A stretch of DNA of 54,732 bases. It comes from Halieaceae bacterium (GTDB lineage Bacteria; Pseudomonadota; Gammaproteobacteria; Pseudomonadales; Halieaceae). How positions within the stretch are numbered: position 1 is the first letter of the stretch; each line of letters begins with the position of its first letter. Positions 9,620 to 18,988 of this stretch are shown in pieces. The stretch is taken from the NCBI GenBank assembly GCA_036350855.1, contig JAZBNW010000366.1, forward strand, positions 1-54,732, given 5' to 3'. The translations under genes and the position numbers were made by a program. A model generated the notes under the pieces. That model was given only the letters and a program-made list of their open reading frames with translations. It made no database searches and was not told where the DNA came from.

Positions 9620-10180
9620 TCAAAACAACAGGCCCAGGGTTGGCAGCTCGATGTCGGCGTAATCCAGTATCACCTCGCGCCGCTGCAGCATGAATTGATC
9701 GCCGGCAGCCCGCAGCAGGTCCCGGCGCTGGCCGCTGTAGATAAAACACTCGCTGCCGGGCCGGGCGTAGTACAGGTGAAAGTTACTCACAACCGCATAG
9801 TCGTCCCTGTCCTTCGCCATCAGCTCGACGTTGCCAACCAGCCTGCGGGTGCGGGCCGGGGGGTTTTCCGACCATGAGTTGATTTTATAGGCCCGCTCAA
9901 CCCGGAGCATCAGGTGCATGTAGCTCTCCTCACGGATGGGACAGCCCATTGACTCCGCGCCCTCCAGCTCGCACTCGACACTGATCATATCTTCACTGCC
10001 ATGCTGGCGGTTATCCACCTGCGCGTTGACCCGGGCGGGCAGCACATAGTGGACATCCTGGCTGACCAGTTGCAGCCACTGGCGATACTGCCGGTTGTCG
10101 AGCAGGCGGGCCTCCCGGTAATAGAACGCCTCCAGCGCACGCTGCTGCTCTGGACTGGTGATCGCGGCAATGCTGTTCAT
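9620..10180 (-). CDS. aromatic ring-hydroxylating dioxygenase, beta (small) subunit
   Basis: 186 aa with the NTF2/SnoaL-like small-subunit pattern (FYYREARLLDNRQYRQWLQL ...). Its start overlaps the alpha-subunit stop by 4 nt (ATGA at 10177-10180). Confidence 0.85.
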   Translation of the reverse strand: MNSIAAITSPEQQRALEAFYYREARLLDNRQYRQWLQLVSQDVHYVLPARVNAQVDNRQHGSEDMISVECELEGAESMGCPIREESYMHLMLRVERAYKINSWSENPPARTRRLVGNVELMAKDRDDYAVVSNFHLYYARPGSECFIYSGQRRDLLRAAGDQFMLQRREVILDYADIELPTLGLLF

Positions 10181-11490
10181 ACGCCGCCCTCCACCGCCCG
10201 CAGGTCATCGCGCCAGCGCAAAAAAAACTGCCGCGCGTAGAATTCATTGGCGGTGACGCTCACCAGCCCGGGCAACTGCGGATGAGGCGCCTCCTCGCCC
10301 AGGCCGAGGCCGTAGAAGTAAGGGCGGTCGTCGGCAAAATCGATATTGCTGCCCCTGAATTGCTGTACCCAGACCTCGGAGTCCTCCTGTTCGAGGATGC
10401 CACCCGGCCCGAAGAATGAACTGTAATTGGTACGCAACACCTGTTTGACGGCGTCCGGCGCGTCGGCCGGTACCACGGCCCAGGACCAGTACTCCACTTT
10501 TCCCGGGCCCCTGGGATGGGACACCTTGAAAGAGGCATTCGACCACAGAAAGGAGAGGTTCGGGTAAATGCCGTAGGTCAGCCCTTTCATCCGGGCGCGC
10601 AAGGGCCCGACCCGCTCCGCCGCCCGGGCCTGCACCTCCCGCAGGTAATCCTGCACCTCGGCGCCGCCGAACATACCGCCCATGCCCTCCATGCCCCAGG
10701 CCACCTCGTCCACCGGGGCGTCGGCGGGCATCAGGCGGAAAGTGGCGCCGTGACCCGGGGAGGTCACCACGCTGTAGCCCAGTGCCTCGATCAGGTCCTG
10801 GGCTTCCCGGGGAATAATCGCGCTGTGCAGGAATGCCCCGTGGTTCACGTCGCCCAGCTGGTTCTCCACCGGGAGTTTCCAGTTGGCATCCAGCACCCAG
10901 CGGTGCGGTGCGCCCATGAACTCGATTCCCCCGGGAAAGCGGCCGAGAAAGGCATCCAGGTAAAAGCGCATGTCCCCCAGGTACTCCTCCAGGGGAATGA
11001 TGTCGGGATCAAAGCTGCCGAAAATCAAGCCGCGCCAGGACTCCACCCGGGGTACCCGTTTCAGGCCCAGCTTGCTTTTGTCCGGCTTGCCGGCGAGGGC
11101 GCCCTCCTGGGGAATGGTGGCAAGCTCACCCTCCACGGTATAGGACCAGTTGTGGTAGGGGCAGACAAAGCGCCTGGCGTTACCGTGATCGGCGCGGCAC
11201 ACCGGCAGGCCCCGGTGACTGCAGCTGTTGATATTGGCGTATATACCGCAGTCCTGGCCCCGGGACAGGATGATCGGTGTCTCGCACATATAGGCCTGGA
11301 CAAAATCCCCCGGCAGGCGAATCTGCGACTCGTGTCCGAGGAATAACCAGGCGCGGCCGAAGATACCGCGCTTTTCCAGCTCGTATACCGTCTGGTCAGT
11401 CCAGCAGCGGCGACTGACCAGACTGGGATCCCCGTTGACCAGCTCTCTTGCCTGGAGCAAAGCGCACCTCCGCTCATGTCTGTCAGTCAT
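10177..11490 (-). CDS. aromatic ring-hydroxylating dioxygenase, alpha (Rieske) subunit
   Basis: 437 aa. Rieske motif CSH-x17-CPYH (CSHRGLPVCRADHGNARRFVCPYHNWSY). Mononuclear-iron motif D-x2-H-x4-H (GDVNHGAFLHS). Confidence 0.9.
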   Translation of the reverse strand: MTDRHERRCALLQARELVNGDPSLVSRRCWTDQTVYELEKRGIFGRAWLFLGHESQIRLPGDFVQAYMCETPIILSRGQDCGIYANINSCSHRGLPVCRADHGNARRFVCPYHNWSYTVEGELATIPQEGALAGKPDKSKLGLKRVPRVESWRGLIFGSFDPDIIPLEEYLGDMRFYLDAFLGRFPGGIEFMGAPHRWVLDANWKLPVENQLGDVNHGAFLHSAIIPREAQDLIEALGYSVVTSPGHGATFRLMPADAPVDEVAWGMEGMGGMFGGAEVQDYLREVQARAAERVGPLRARMKGLTYGIYPNLSFLWSNASFKVSHPRGPGKVEYWSWAVVPADAPDAVKQVLRTNYSSFFGPGGILEQEDSEVWVQQFRGSNIDFADDRPYFYGLGLGEEAPHPQLPGLVSVTANEFYARQFFLRWRDDLRAVEGGV

Positions 11491-11512
11491 CGAATCCTCC
11501 CGCCTTTATCAA

Positions 11513-12013
11513 TCAGGTGGAACGCTTCAGCGCCTTCAAGGCCGCCGCCGTGGTCGGCTTTCCGGTTTCGTAAAAGAGCTGCATCGAGACCGCGACATCG
11601 TCGATGGTAGACTGCACGAGCTTTTCCATGCGCTTTTCCAGCCAGGCGCCCAGGGCACCCCAGGGCAGTTGGTATTCGAGGCTGGCGGTGAACAGGGTTT
11701 TGTCCACGCCCTCATCGGCCAGCTCATAGCGAAACCAGGCGTTGCGGAACGGCGGGGCGGGCCCGTCGCCCCGGTGCAGGCGGATGAGGAAGCCCCGCCC
11801 CTCATCCCACGCCACCACGGTTTCCTGGATATAACTTTTTGCATTGCGGTAGACGTATCGACTGGCGCCAACGCCCTCGCGCTGCTCGCTGACGATCTCG
11901 GTTTTGACGATACCGGGCACATAGTTGTGCGCCAGCGAGATGTCGCGCAGCTTTTCCCAGGCCCGGTCACGGGGCATATCCAGCACCCGCTGTGAGCTCA
12001 CCTTGCGTGTCAT
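11513..12013 (-). CDS. SRPBCC (polyketide cyclase/dehydrase-like) family protein
   Basis: 166 aa. Size and pattern are typical of SRPBCC ligand-binding proteins. Its start overlaps the TetR stop by 4 nt (12010-12013), and it lies 22 nt upstream of the dioxygenase alpha gene. Confidence 0.7.
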   Translation of the reverse strand: MTRKVSSQRVLDMPRDRAWEKLRDISLAHNYVPGIVKTEIVSEQREGVGASRYVYRNAKSYIQETVVAWDEGRGFLIRLHRGDGPAPPFRNAWFRYELADEGVDKTLFTASLEYQLPWGALGAWLEKRMEKLVQSTIDDVAVSMQLFYETGKPTTAAALKALKRST

Positions 12014-12624
12014 ACACTCGCTTCCTTGAGCTGCGCCCTGAGGGCATTGATGATGAGCGGCAGACCAATCGCAATCTGGTCCCGCTTAAGGAAGGAGCGC
12101 AGTTCGCCCTGGATAGCCCGCGCACCTTGCCTGCCATGGTCCTGTGCCCCGGTGTCTGGCCTCGCATCGAGTGAGGCGCGCAGGCAGACCGCACCGACAA
12201 CGACCTGGATAACCGCGAAATAGGCCTGCAAAGCCTGTTCAACCGTGAACCCCGCCTCGCACAGCCTGCGGACAAATGCCTCGGTGACCGCGATCGCCTG
12301 CTCACCGACGCGCAGTGAACCCAGCAGCGGCACCCAGCTCAATTCGCGACACAGGGCCTCATACATGCCGCCCGCGGCATGCTCAACCCACTGCTCCCAG
12401 GGCAGCGCGGCGTCCGGTATAACCCTGGCCCGCGCGATAAACTCCTCGAGTGACGCGGCCAGCAGGTCGTCCTTGGTCGGGAAGTGTTTGTACATCGCCA
12501 TCGGACTGACATTGAGTCGCGTTGCCACGTTCCTCATCGATAACTTGTCGACACCCACATCGGCGATAACCTCGAGTGCCGCCTCGACATAGGCGCCGCG
12601 GTTCAGGGCGGCCCTGACCGCCAT
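12010..12624 (-). CDS. TetR/AcrR family transcriptional regulator
   Basis: I re-set the start to ATG 12624 (MAVRAALNRGAYVEAALEVIADVGVDKLSMRNVATRLNVSPMAMYKHFPTKDDLL), a canonical TetR N-terminal HTH. The ORF-track extension to 12813 has no family support. Confidence 0.85.
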   Translation of the reverse strand: MAVRAALNRGAYVEAALEVIADVGVDKLSMRNVATRLNVSPMAMYKHFPTKDDLLAASLEEFIARARVIPDAALPWEQWVEHAAGGMYEALCRELSWVPLLGSLRVGEQAIAVTEAFVRRLCEAGFTVEQALQAYFAVIQVVVGAVCLRASLDARPDTGAQDHGRQGARAIQGELRSFLKRDQIAIGLPLIINALRAQLKEASV

Positions 12625-12742
12625 CAGTCGCACCCAGCCTGGCCGACAGGGGCGGCGGGGAAAGTCAGATGCTGTTGGTACTCGCGGTTCCTGCACATAC
12701 TGCAGCCTCGCTGGCGTCGATGCTTGGCATCCTAGCAAGACT

Positions 12743-12759
12743 GGTTTACAGTGTAAACC
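12743..12759. promoter_or_regulatory. perfect palindrome GGTTTACA-G-TGTAAACC, candidate operator of the adjacent TetR
   Basis: An 8+1+8 perfect inverted repeat read from the sequence. It sits in the divergent region between the TetR gene (start 12624) and the DUF3604 gene (start 12843). Confidence 0.5.
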
Positions 12760-12842
12760 TCCGCCCCGCGACGGGCGGGCAGCCCGGGCCGCAGGGAGAG
12801 CCCCGGGGTGCATGAATTGGGATCAACCGGCCGGGATACAAC

Positions 12843-14909
12843 ATGAAGAAAACCATACGACCGCGCATCAGTGCCCGATATGGCCTGGCGCTGCCCCTTG
12901 CGCTGATGCTGGCCGGGGCCGGCAAAAGCCCGCTGCTGAATGCGCAGGTCGCCGCGCAGGGCAGCAGCACCACACCGACCTTCCAGCGCACCGAGGAGCG
13001 AGAGCCCTGCGCCGATTTCCAGGGCACCGGCCGCCCCCTGTTCGGCGACCTGCACGTCCATACCAGCTACTCCTTCGATTCCTACCTGTCCAGCCAGCGC
13101 CGCGATCCCTGGGACGCCTACCGCTACGCCCGGGGTGAGGCGATCATCCTGCCGGACGCGAACGGCAGGCAGACTGTCAGGGCGACGATAGGCCGCCCCC
13201 TGGATTTCACCGCCGTCACCGACCACGCCGAGTTCTTTGGCCAGATCAACGTCTGCACCCTCGACAGCGGCAAGGCCGGCTACTGGTGGCCCCACTGCAT
13301 GATGACCCGGGCCCGCAACATCTGGCTGCAATTACTCGCCGCCACCTGGTGGACCGACCTGGGCGGCCAGCTGGAGAACCCGCCGAGAAAGTCCTTTGCC
13401 TGCACCCTGTCGGACTGCGACGAGGCCGACGCCGAGACATGGCTGCGCACCCAACAGGCGGCGGAAGACAACTACGATCGCAGCGCGTCCTGCGAATTCA
13501 CCACCTTCGTGGGTTACGAGTACACCGAGGCCTTCGACCAGAACAACATGCATCGCAACGTGATTTTTCGCAACGCGAACGTCACGGATTCACCGGTCTC
13601 GGTCTATGACACGGGTTACGACAGTTTTCCCAGCCTGTGGCGGCAGTTGCGCGAGCGCTGCACCGACCTCGATAACGGCTGTGACGTGATGGCCATACCA
13701 CACAACTCCAACCTCTCGGGTGGACGCATGTTCCGGGATCCCGAATCCACCGAGGAACTGGAGAACCGCCTGTTCTTCGAGCCGGTGGTGGAACTGGTAC
13801 AACACAAGGGCGCCTCGGAGTGCCGCTACGACCGCCTGCGCGGCATGGGGCTGGATACGGTGGACGAACAGTGCGATTTCGAACAGATCGCCGCAGACAA
13901 TCTCAACATGCTCGGATCGGTACACGGCGAGGTGCGCACCGAGCGCGCCAGCGCCGTCCCGCTGGAGGACTTCGCGCGCCGCAATATGGTGCGCAACGCC
14001 CTGAAGGACGGACTGCTGCTGGCAGACAAACTCGGCGCCAACCCCTTCGTGATGGGTTTTATCGGCAGCACCGATACCCACAGCGCCGCCCCGGGCAGCG
14101 CCGAGGAAGACAATTATGTCGGGCACCTGGGCCGGCGCGACTCCCAGTACAACAACGTGCAGGACCACTTCTACTCGAACCCCGGCGGCCTCGCGGTGGT
14201 CTGGGCGCAGGAGAACTCCCGCGACAGCATCTTCGAGGCGATCCGGCGCAAGGAGACCTACGCCACCAGCGGCACCCGGCCCGTCCTGCGCTTCTTTGCC
14301 GGCGAGCTCGATCGGGACCTGTGCGATTCACCGGACCTGGTCCGCCAGGCCTACGAACAGGGAGTGCCCATGGGCGGCACGCTGACAGCGGGAGCAGCCC
14401 CACCCAGGTTCCTGGTGAGCGCCCACAAGGATGCAGGCACCCTGCGATCGGAGGGTACCGACCTGCAGCGGGTGCAGATCATCAAGGGCTGGGTCGATGA
14501 AACCGGCCAGGCGCGGGAGACGGTGTTCGATATCGCGGGGAGCGCCGACAACGGCGCCAGCGTGAACCCGGAAAATTGCGCCCGGGTGGGCCGGGGCATG
14601 CAACAATCCTGCACCGTGTGGGAGGATCCTCAATTCAATCCCCGGGAAGACGCATTCTATTACGTGCGGGTACTGGAGAACCCCAGCTGCCGCTGGAGCA
14701 CCCTGCAGTGCCAGGCCGCGGGGGTGAACCCCTTCGCCGAAGACTGCGCAGCGCAGGCCGAACGCGCCACCGCGAGCGCGCTGGACGATGGTGCCTCGGG
14801 TGATGTGTTCGGCAAATGCTGTATCGACCCGGCAGCCGAGGCGTTCTACTCGCCGCTGATCCAGGAGCGCGCCTGGTCCTCGCCCATCTGGTATGAGCCG
14901 GGTGGTTAG
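12843..14909 (+). CDS. DUF3604-type secreted protein (PHP-like metal-dependent hydrolase fold, function unknown)
   Basis: 688 aa with a signal peptide (LALPLALMLAGAG). PHP-like N-terminal metal motif GDLHVHTSYSFDS and later HNSN / GSTDTHS motifs. The length and Cys-rich C-terminus match what I recall of DUF3604. Confidence 0.7.
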   Translation: MKKTIRPRISARYGLALPLALMLAGAGKSPLLNAQVAAQGSSTTPTFQRTEEREPCADFQGTGRPLFGDLHVHTSYSFDSYLSSQRRDPWDAYRYARGEAIILPDANGRQTVRATIGRPLDFTAVTDHAEFFGQINVCTLDSGKAGYWWPHCMMTRARNIWLQLLAATWWTDLGGQLENPPRKSFACTLSDCDEADAETWLRTQQAAEDNYDRSASCEFTTFVGYEYTEAFDQNNMHRNVIFRNANVTDSPVSVYDTGYDSFPSLWRQLRERCTDLDNGCDVMAIPHNSNLSGGRMFRDPESTEELENRLFFEPVVELVQHKGASECRYDRLRGMGLDTVDEQCDFEQIAADNLNMLGSVHGEVRTERASAVPLEDFARRNMVRNALKDGLLLADKLGANPFVMGFIGSTDTHSAAPGSAEEDNYVGHLGRRDSQYNNVQDHFYSNPGGLAVVWAQENSRDSIFEAIRRKETYATSGTRPVLRFFAGELDRDLCDSPDLVRQAYEQGVPMGGTLTAGAAPPRFLVSAHKDAGTLRSEGTDLQRVQIIKGWVDETGQARETVFDIAGSADNGASVNPENCARVGRGMQQSCTVWEDPQFNPREDAFYYVRVLENPSCRWSTLQCQAAGVNPFAEDCAAQAERATASALDDGASGDVFGKCCIDPAAEAFYSPLIQERAWSSPIWYEPGG

Positions 14910-14947
14910 TGGCCTGTGCCTGGAGAATAACTGATGAAGCCGGCAGG

Positions 14948-15928
14948 TCAGGGGTTGGCCAGATAGTAGTCCACGGCCTCGGCCACCGACTGTTCTATCG
15001 GCCGGGGTTGCCAGTCCAACTCCCGCCGGGCTTTTGCACTATCGACATCGGGTAGCAGTGTGGAGCAGCGCAACGAGGCGATGCTGAAACGATTGTCCCT
15101 GCGCGTGAACACGGACGCCAGGTCGGCCATCGCCGCCATGGCGTACAACACCGGCAGTGGTATTCGCTTGCGCGGCGGCGAGATACCGGCCCGGCTCGCC
15201 GCCAGGGCAAACAACTCTTCGTAATCCAGCCAGCGCTCCGCCACGATATAGCGCTCCCCCACCCGACCCCTGGTCTCCGCCAGCAGCAGCGCCCTTGCGG
15301 CGTCGCGCACACCCACGCAGGGGCCGCCGCCATCCCAGTAGTAGGGCATCCGGCCCAGAGCCACATCCTTCACCACGTTGCCGTGAGGCGTGGGCGCCAC
15401 ATCGTCGGCCCCATAGGTATTACCCACGCAGCAGGCGACGCCCGGAAGACCCCTGTCACGACAGTATTCGAGAAACATATCCTCCGCCTGTACCCGGCAT
15501 TTCACATAGTCGGGCGCGCGGTCCCACCAGTTGAATGTGTCGAGCTCGGTGGAGATACCGCTGGCGTTGAGACCGATGGTCGCGTAGGTACTGGTGAAGA
15601 CAAAATGCTTCAGTGGGAGGGTGACGGCGACGTCCAGTACAGCGCGCAGCCCATCGACATTGGTGGCGTACAGCGGCGCGGGGTCCCGCAGCCAGGCCCG
15701 GGTGTCGACGATGCAGTAGAACACGGAGTCACAGCCGCTCATCGCGGCGGCAACCGCATCGCTGTCGCCGGGCCCACCCACGACCCGCTCCAGGGGCAGG
15801 TGGTCGATGGCCCGGGTGTCGCTGCTGGCGCGAACCATCACCCGCACATCCCTGCCCGCGGCGACCAGTTCCTTCACCACGTGGCTGCCCAGAAAACCGC
15901 TCGCCCCCATCACCAGTACTTTTGCCAT
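14948..15928 (-). CDS. NAD-dependent epimerase/dehydratase family protein (extended SDR)
   Basis: I re-set the start to ATG 15928 (MAKVLVMGASGFLGSHVVKELVAAGRDVRV), which carries the Rossmann GxxGxxG. The ORF-track extension to 16291 overlaps the upstream gene. Confidence 0.8.
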   Translation of the reverse strand: MAKVLVMGASGFLGSHVVKELVAAGRDVRVMVRASSDTRAIDHLPLERVVGGPGDSDAVAAAMSGCDSVFYCIVDTRAWLRDPAPLYATNVDGLRAVLDVAVTLPLKHFVFTSTYATIGLNASGISTELDTFNWWDRAPDYVKCRVQAEDMFLEYCRDRGLPGVACCVGNTYGADDVAPTPHGNVVKDVALGRMPYYWDGGGPCVGVRDAARALLLAETRGRVGERYIVAERWLDYEELFALAASRAGISPPRKRIPLPVLYAMAAMADLASVFTRRDNRFSIASLRCSTLLPDVDSAKARRELDWQPRPIEQSVAEAVDYYLANP

Positions 15929-15971
15929 CGCTTGCACCCTCGACTCCGTTATGAACAGTCCGGCCCCGCCC

Positions 15972-16535
15972 CTACTCTTCCTCGCGCAGACGGATCGGGC
16001 CGAATCTCCCGGGGAACTTGCCATGCATGCCCGCGTAAAAGTCGCGAAAATACTGCATGTCAGCGCGCACATCTCCGGACACGGCCCGCGGAGGGCCAAA
16101 GCCCCCGCGCTTGCGGCCAAAATCGAGGAACGACGGCACGATCGGCACACCCGCCTGGCGGGCGATGTGGTAGAAACCGGATTTCCAGTATTCCGTGCGC
16201 TCCCGGGTGCCCTCGGTGGGAACCACCAGCACCTGGTGACTGGCGCGGTCGAACACCGACACCATGGAATCGACCACGTTCCTGTTTTCATGCCGCACGA
16301 TCGGCAGGCCCCCCATGGCCCGCATTATCCAGCCCATGGGCGCGAAGAACAGGCTGTGCTTCGCCATCCAGCTGACCTTGATATCAAAGGCAGCGGCAAA
16401 GGCCAGCATCAGGGGAAAATCCCAGTTGGAGGTATGGGGAGCCGCGATCAGGACATAGCGGTCAAGCGCCGGGGCCGCGCCCTCTATCTGCCAGCCTGCC
16501 AGCTGCAGTAACCATCGGGCAAAGCGCCTTTTCAT
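15972..16535 (-). CDS. lysophospholipid (PlsC-type) acyltransferase family protein
   Basis: 187 aa. H-x4-D acyltransferase motif (AAPHTSNWDF) and a downstream PTEGTR block. Confidence 0.8.
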   Translation of the reverse strand: MKRRFARWLLQLAGWQIEGAAPALDRYVLIAAPHTSNWDFPLMLAFAAAFDIKVSWMAKHSLFFAPMGWIMRAMGGLPIVRHENRNVVDSMVSVFDRASHQVLVVPTEGTRERTEYWKSGFYHIARQAGVPIVPSFLDFGRKRGGFGPPRAVSGDVRADMQYFRDFYAGMHGKFPGRFGPIRLREEE

Positions 16536-16591
16536 CGATTGTTCTACTACTCAGCGAAGGGCCGCCAAGCTTACACCTGACAAGGGAATCG

Positions 16592-18964
16592 TCAAGCCGG
16601 ATCGAGCAGCTCGACCCTGCCGCTGTCCCCGTCCAGCCGCACCCGGTCTCCGGTCTGGAAAAAGCGTGTGCCCTGGCGGGTATTGACGACACAGGGCAGG
16701 CCGTACTCCCTGGCGATGACCGCGCCGTGGGATACCGAGCTGCCCAGGTCGGTCACCAGACCGCCGATCATGCTGAAATAGGGTGTCCAGCCGATATCGG
16801 TGATCGGGGTCACCAGTATTTCACCGGGCTGCAGTTGCGCTGCCTCCGCCAGTGTGTGGGCTACCCGCACGATCCCCTCGACGACACCCCGGGAAGCGGG
16901 CCGGCCGAGCAGGATGCCGTCCGCCATGTCCACTTCGCGCGGTTCCAGCGGCTGTGGCATGCCCACCGATATTTCGGGGAATTCGAACTGTTGCTGGCAG
17001 GGCAGCACACTGCGCCTGCCGAGCGCCCGCGCCACCGCGGCGGCGGAGGGGGCGGCTATGAAAGCCGGCAGCTCCTCAAACGTGAAAAAATAGACAAGGT
17101 CCGCATCCGGCAGGCTGCCCTCCTGCGCCAGCAGTTTGCCGAGATGGCGAAACGCCAGCTTGAAGTGATGGCCCACCTGTACCAGCTGCGACTTGGTGTG
17201 TTCCCTGCGACGGATGGCGTTGTGTGCCCGGGGCAGGAGCCAGCGCAGGCCCCGGTCCAGCGCCGCCCAGTCGATAGCGGCGGTATGCAGATGGCGATGC
17301 CCGCCCGTCGCCAGGCGGGCGTGAACCGCTGCCTGCATGCTCTGGATCAGCGGCGCCGGGTCATCACCCCAGGAGGGGTCGCGCATGCACAGCTCGCGAT
17401 AACCGCGGTGCCCATGGGCTGCCAGAAAATCCGCGAACTCACCGGCCAGGGGTGATGTTGCGCGCAACCACTGCAGGGCCTGCTCTACCGTGGCCTGCTG
17501 GAACGCGGGCTCCGCCTCGGGGTGTGCTGCAATATGATCCAGCAGGGCGTCCAGTTGCTCGAGCATCAGGGCGCTCTCGACCCCACTGGCACCCGCCAGC
17601 AAGCGCACCGCCTCACCCTGGTCCTCGCCGGTGCTGTTGCTGGATTTACCGGAGACCATGTTCTCCACCACGGCGCACAGAAAACCCGACAGTGCCGAGG
17701 ACTGGATATGCACGGCCATACAGTGTTCAAAGAACCAGGATTTCGCTTCGAGCTCCGCCCACATGGCGCCAGAGTCCGGTTTGTGGGTTATGCCAAATCG
17801 CCCCAGTTCCTCCCCGAAACGATCGACCACGGCGGGCGCCGTGAGGGCGAAACGCAACAGTTTTACCGTATTGAGCAGGCGTCGCCAGAACGGCAGCGGG
17901 GGAAACTCCCTGAGCTCCGGCACAATGCGTCCGCACAGGGTCTGGGCGGTCTGGTCTGCGCTGGAGCCCAGCACCGCCGCCGACATCACCACGTTGCCAG
18001 TGAGATTCAAAAACAGGTGACCGTAGGCCTGGGCGGTGACCTGCCAGTCTTTCTCGATCCGCGGCCTGGCCCCCACCGCCACCTGCATGAACTGCAGGCC
18101 GTAATCGATACCCCAGCCGGTAAAGGAACCGGTGAGGGGGCAGACGGCGCCCGGCATCATCTCGCTGACATTGCTGATCGTCAGCACGTCATCCGGGCGC
18201 GGCAACGGCGTATCGAGCTCGTTCGGGTCTGCCGGCAGTGTCGTGATGGGCCTGGCCTGCAACCAGAAAAGCTTGCCGTCCCGGTCTATGGCCCACTCCA
18301 GGTCCAGTGCTTGCCCCTCGTGCCCGGCGGCGCTTCTTGCCTGGCTCGCAATAGCCGCGAGCTCCAGGTCACTCAGCAGGGCGCTGTCCCCCACCAGCTG
18401 CCGCCGCACCACGACGCCAGCGGCGTTTACCGCGTAGTGATCCGGTGTGGCCTCACCGCTGACCAGGGTCTCCCCGAGGCCCGCCACCGCGTCAATCACC
18501 AGCAGGTCCCGCCGCGCACTGACCGGGTCCGCGGTAAACACCACGCCGGCGACCCTGGCGTCCACCATGCGCTGGACCACGATGTTCATCACCACCGGAG
18601 CGGCGCCCGACTTGTCCTGCTGGTACTGCCGGGCGCGCTCACTGACAACAGACGCCGCGCAGTTGTCGATAGCCCGGTGCAGGTCGGCAAGCCCCTGCAC
18701 ATTGAGCACCGTGTCGTACTGGCCGGCAAAGGAGGCCTCGCCGCCGTCTTCCCCCAGCGCCGAAGAGCGCACGGCTACCTTGCCGGTGCCCAGCGCCCCA
18801 TAGCGGCGCTCGAGATCGGCCGGGAACTCCCCGGGCCTGGCGTTGCGAATCACGAAGCCGGGCGGCACGGCCAGCTGCATGGCCAGCAGTCGCGCCAGGC
18901 CATAGGCCTTGCCGCCCGCGGTGGCGTCGGTTACCTGATGCAATTCGAGAATGTCTGTATCCAC
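16592..18964 (-). CDS. PEP-utilising-enzyme family dikinase, rifampicin-phosphotransferase-like architecture (no PEP/pyruvate TIM-barrel domain)
   Basis: 790 aa. The N-terminal PPDK_N/ATP-grasp region (GGKAYGLARLL ... VAVRSSALGEDG) is followed by a long central region. The C-terminal swivel domain carries the phospho-His (TDLGSSVSHGAVIAREYGLPCV). The protein ends directly after the swivel domain. Confidence 0.85.
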   Translation of the reverse strand: MDTDILELHQVTDATAGGKAYGLARLLAMQLAVPPGFVIRNARPGEFPADLERRYGALGTGKVAVRSSALGEDGGEASFAGQYDTVLNVQGLADLHRAIDNCAASVVSERARQYQQDKSGAAPVVMNIVVQRMVDARVAGVVFTADPVSARRDLLVIDAVAGLGETLVSGEATPDHYAVNAAGVVVRRQLVGDSALLSDLELAAIASQARSAAGHEGQALDLEWAIDRDGKLFWLQARPITTLPADPNELDTPLPRPDDVLTISNVSEMMPGAVCPLTGSFTGWGIDYGLQFMQVAVGARPRIEKDWQVTAQAYGHLFLNLTGNVVMSAAVLGSSADQTAQTLCGRIVPELREFPPLPFWRRLLNTVKLLRFALTAPAVVDRFGEELGRFGITHKPDSGAMWAELEAKSWFFEHCMAVHIQSSALSGFLCAVVENMVSGKSSNSTGEDQGEAVRLLAGASGVESALMLEQLDALLDHIAAHPEAEPAFQQATVEQALQWLRATSPLAGEFADFLAAHGHRGYRELCMRDPSWGDDPAPLIQSMQAAVHARLATGGHRHLHTAAIDWAALDRGLRWLLPRAHNAIRRREHTKSQLVQVGHHFKLAFRHLGKLLAQEGSLPDADLVYFFTFEELPAFIAAPSAAAVARALGRRSVLPCQQQFEFPEISVGMPQPLEPREVDMADGILLGRPASRGVVEGIVRVAHTLAEAAQLQPGEILVTPITDIGWTPYFSMIGGLVTDLGSSVSHGAVIAREYGLPCVVNTRQGTRFFQTGDRVRLDGDSGRVELLDPA

Positions 18965-18988
18965 GGCTACACGTTCCGACGGGCGGGG

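Noticed and set aside
14948-16291. N-terminal extensions in the ORF track (14948-16291, 30865-32826, 34275-35639, 12010-12813, 3105-4040, 24751-25590, 36810-38039 and others).
   Set aside because: The extensions overlap neighbouring genes or promoter regions and lack family homology. Internal ATG or GTG codons with RBS-like sequences give N-termini that match the family-typical start.
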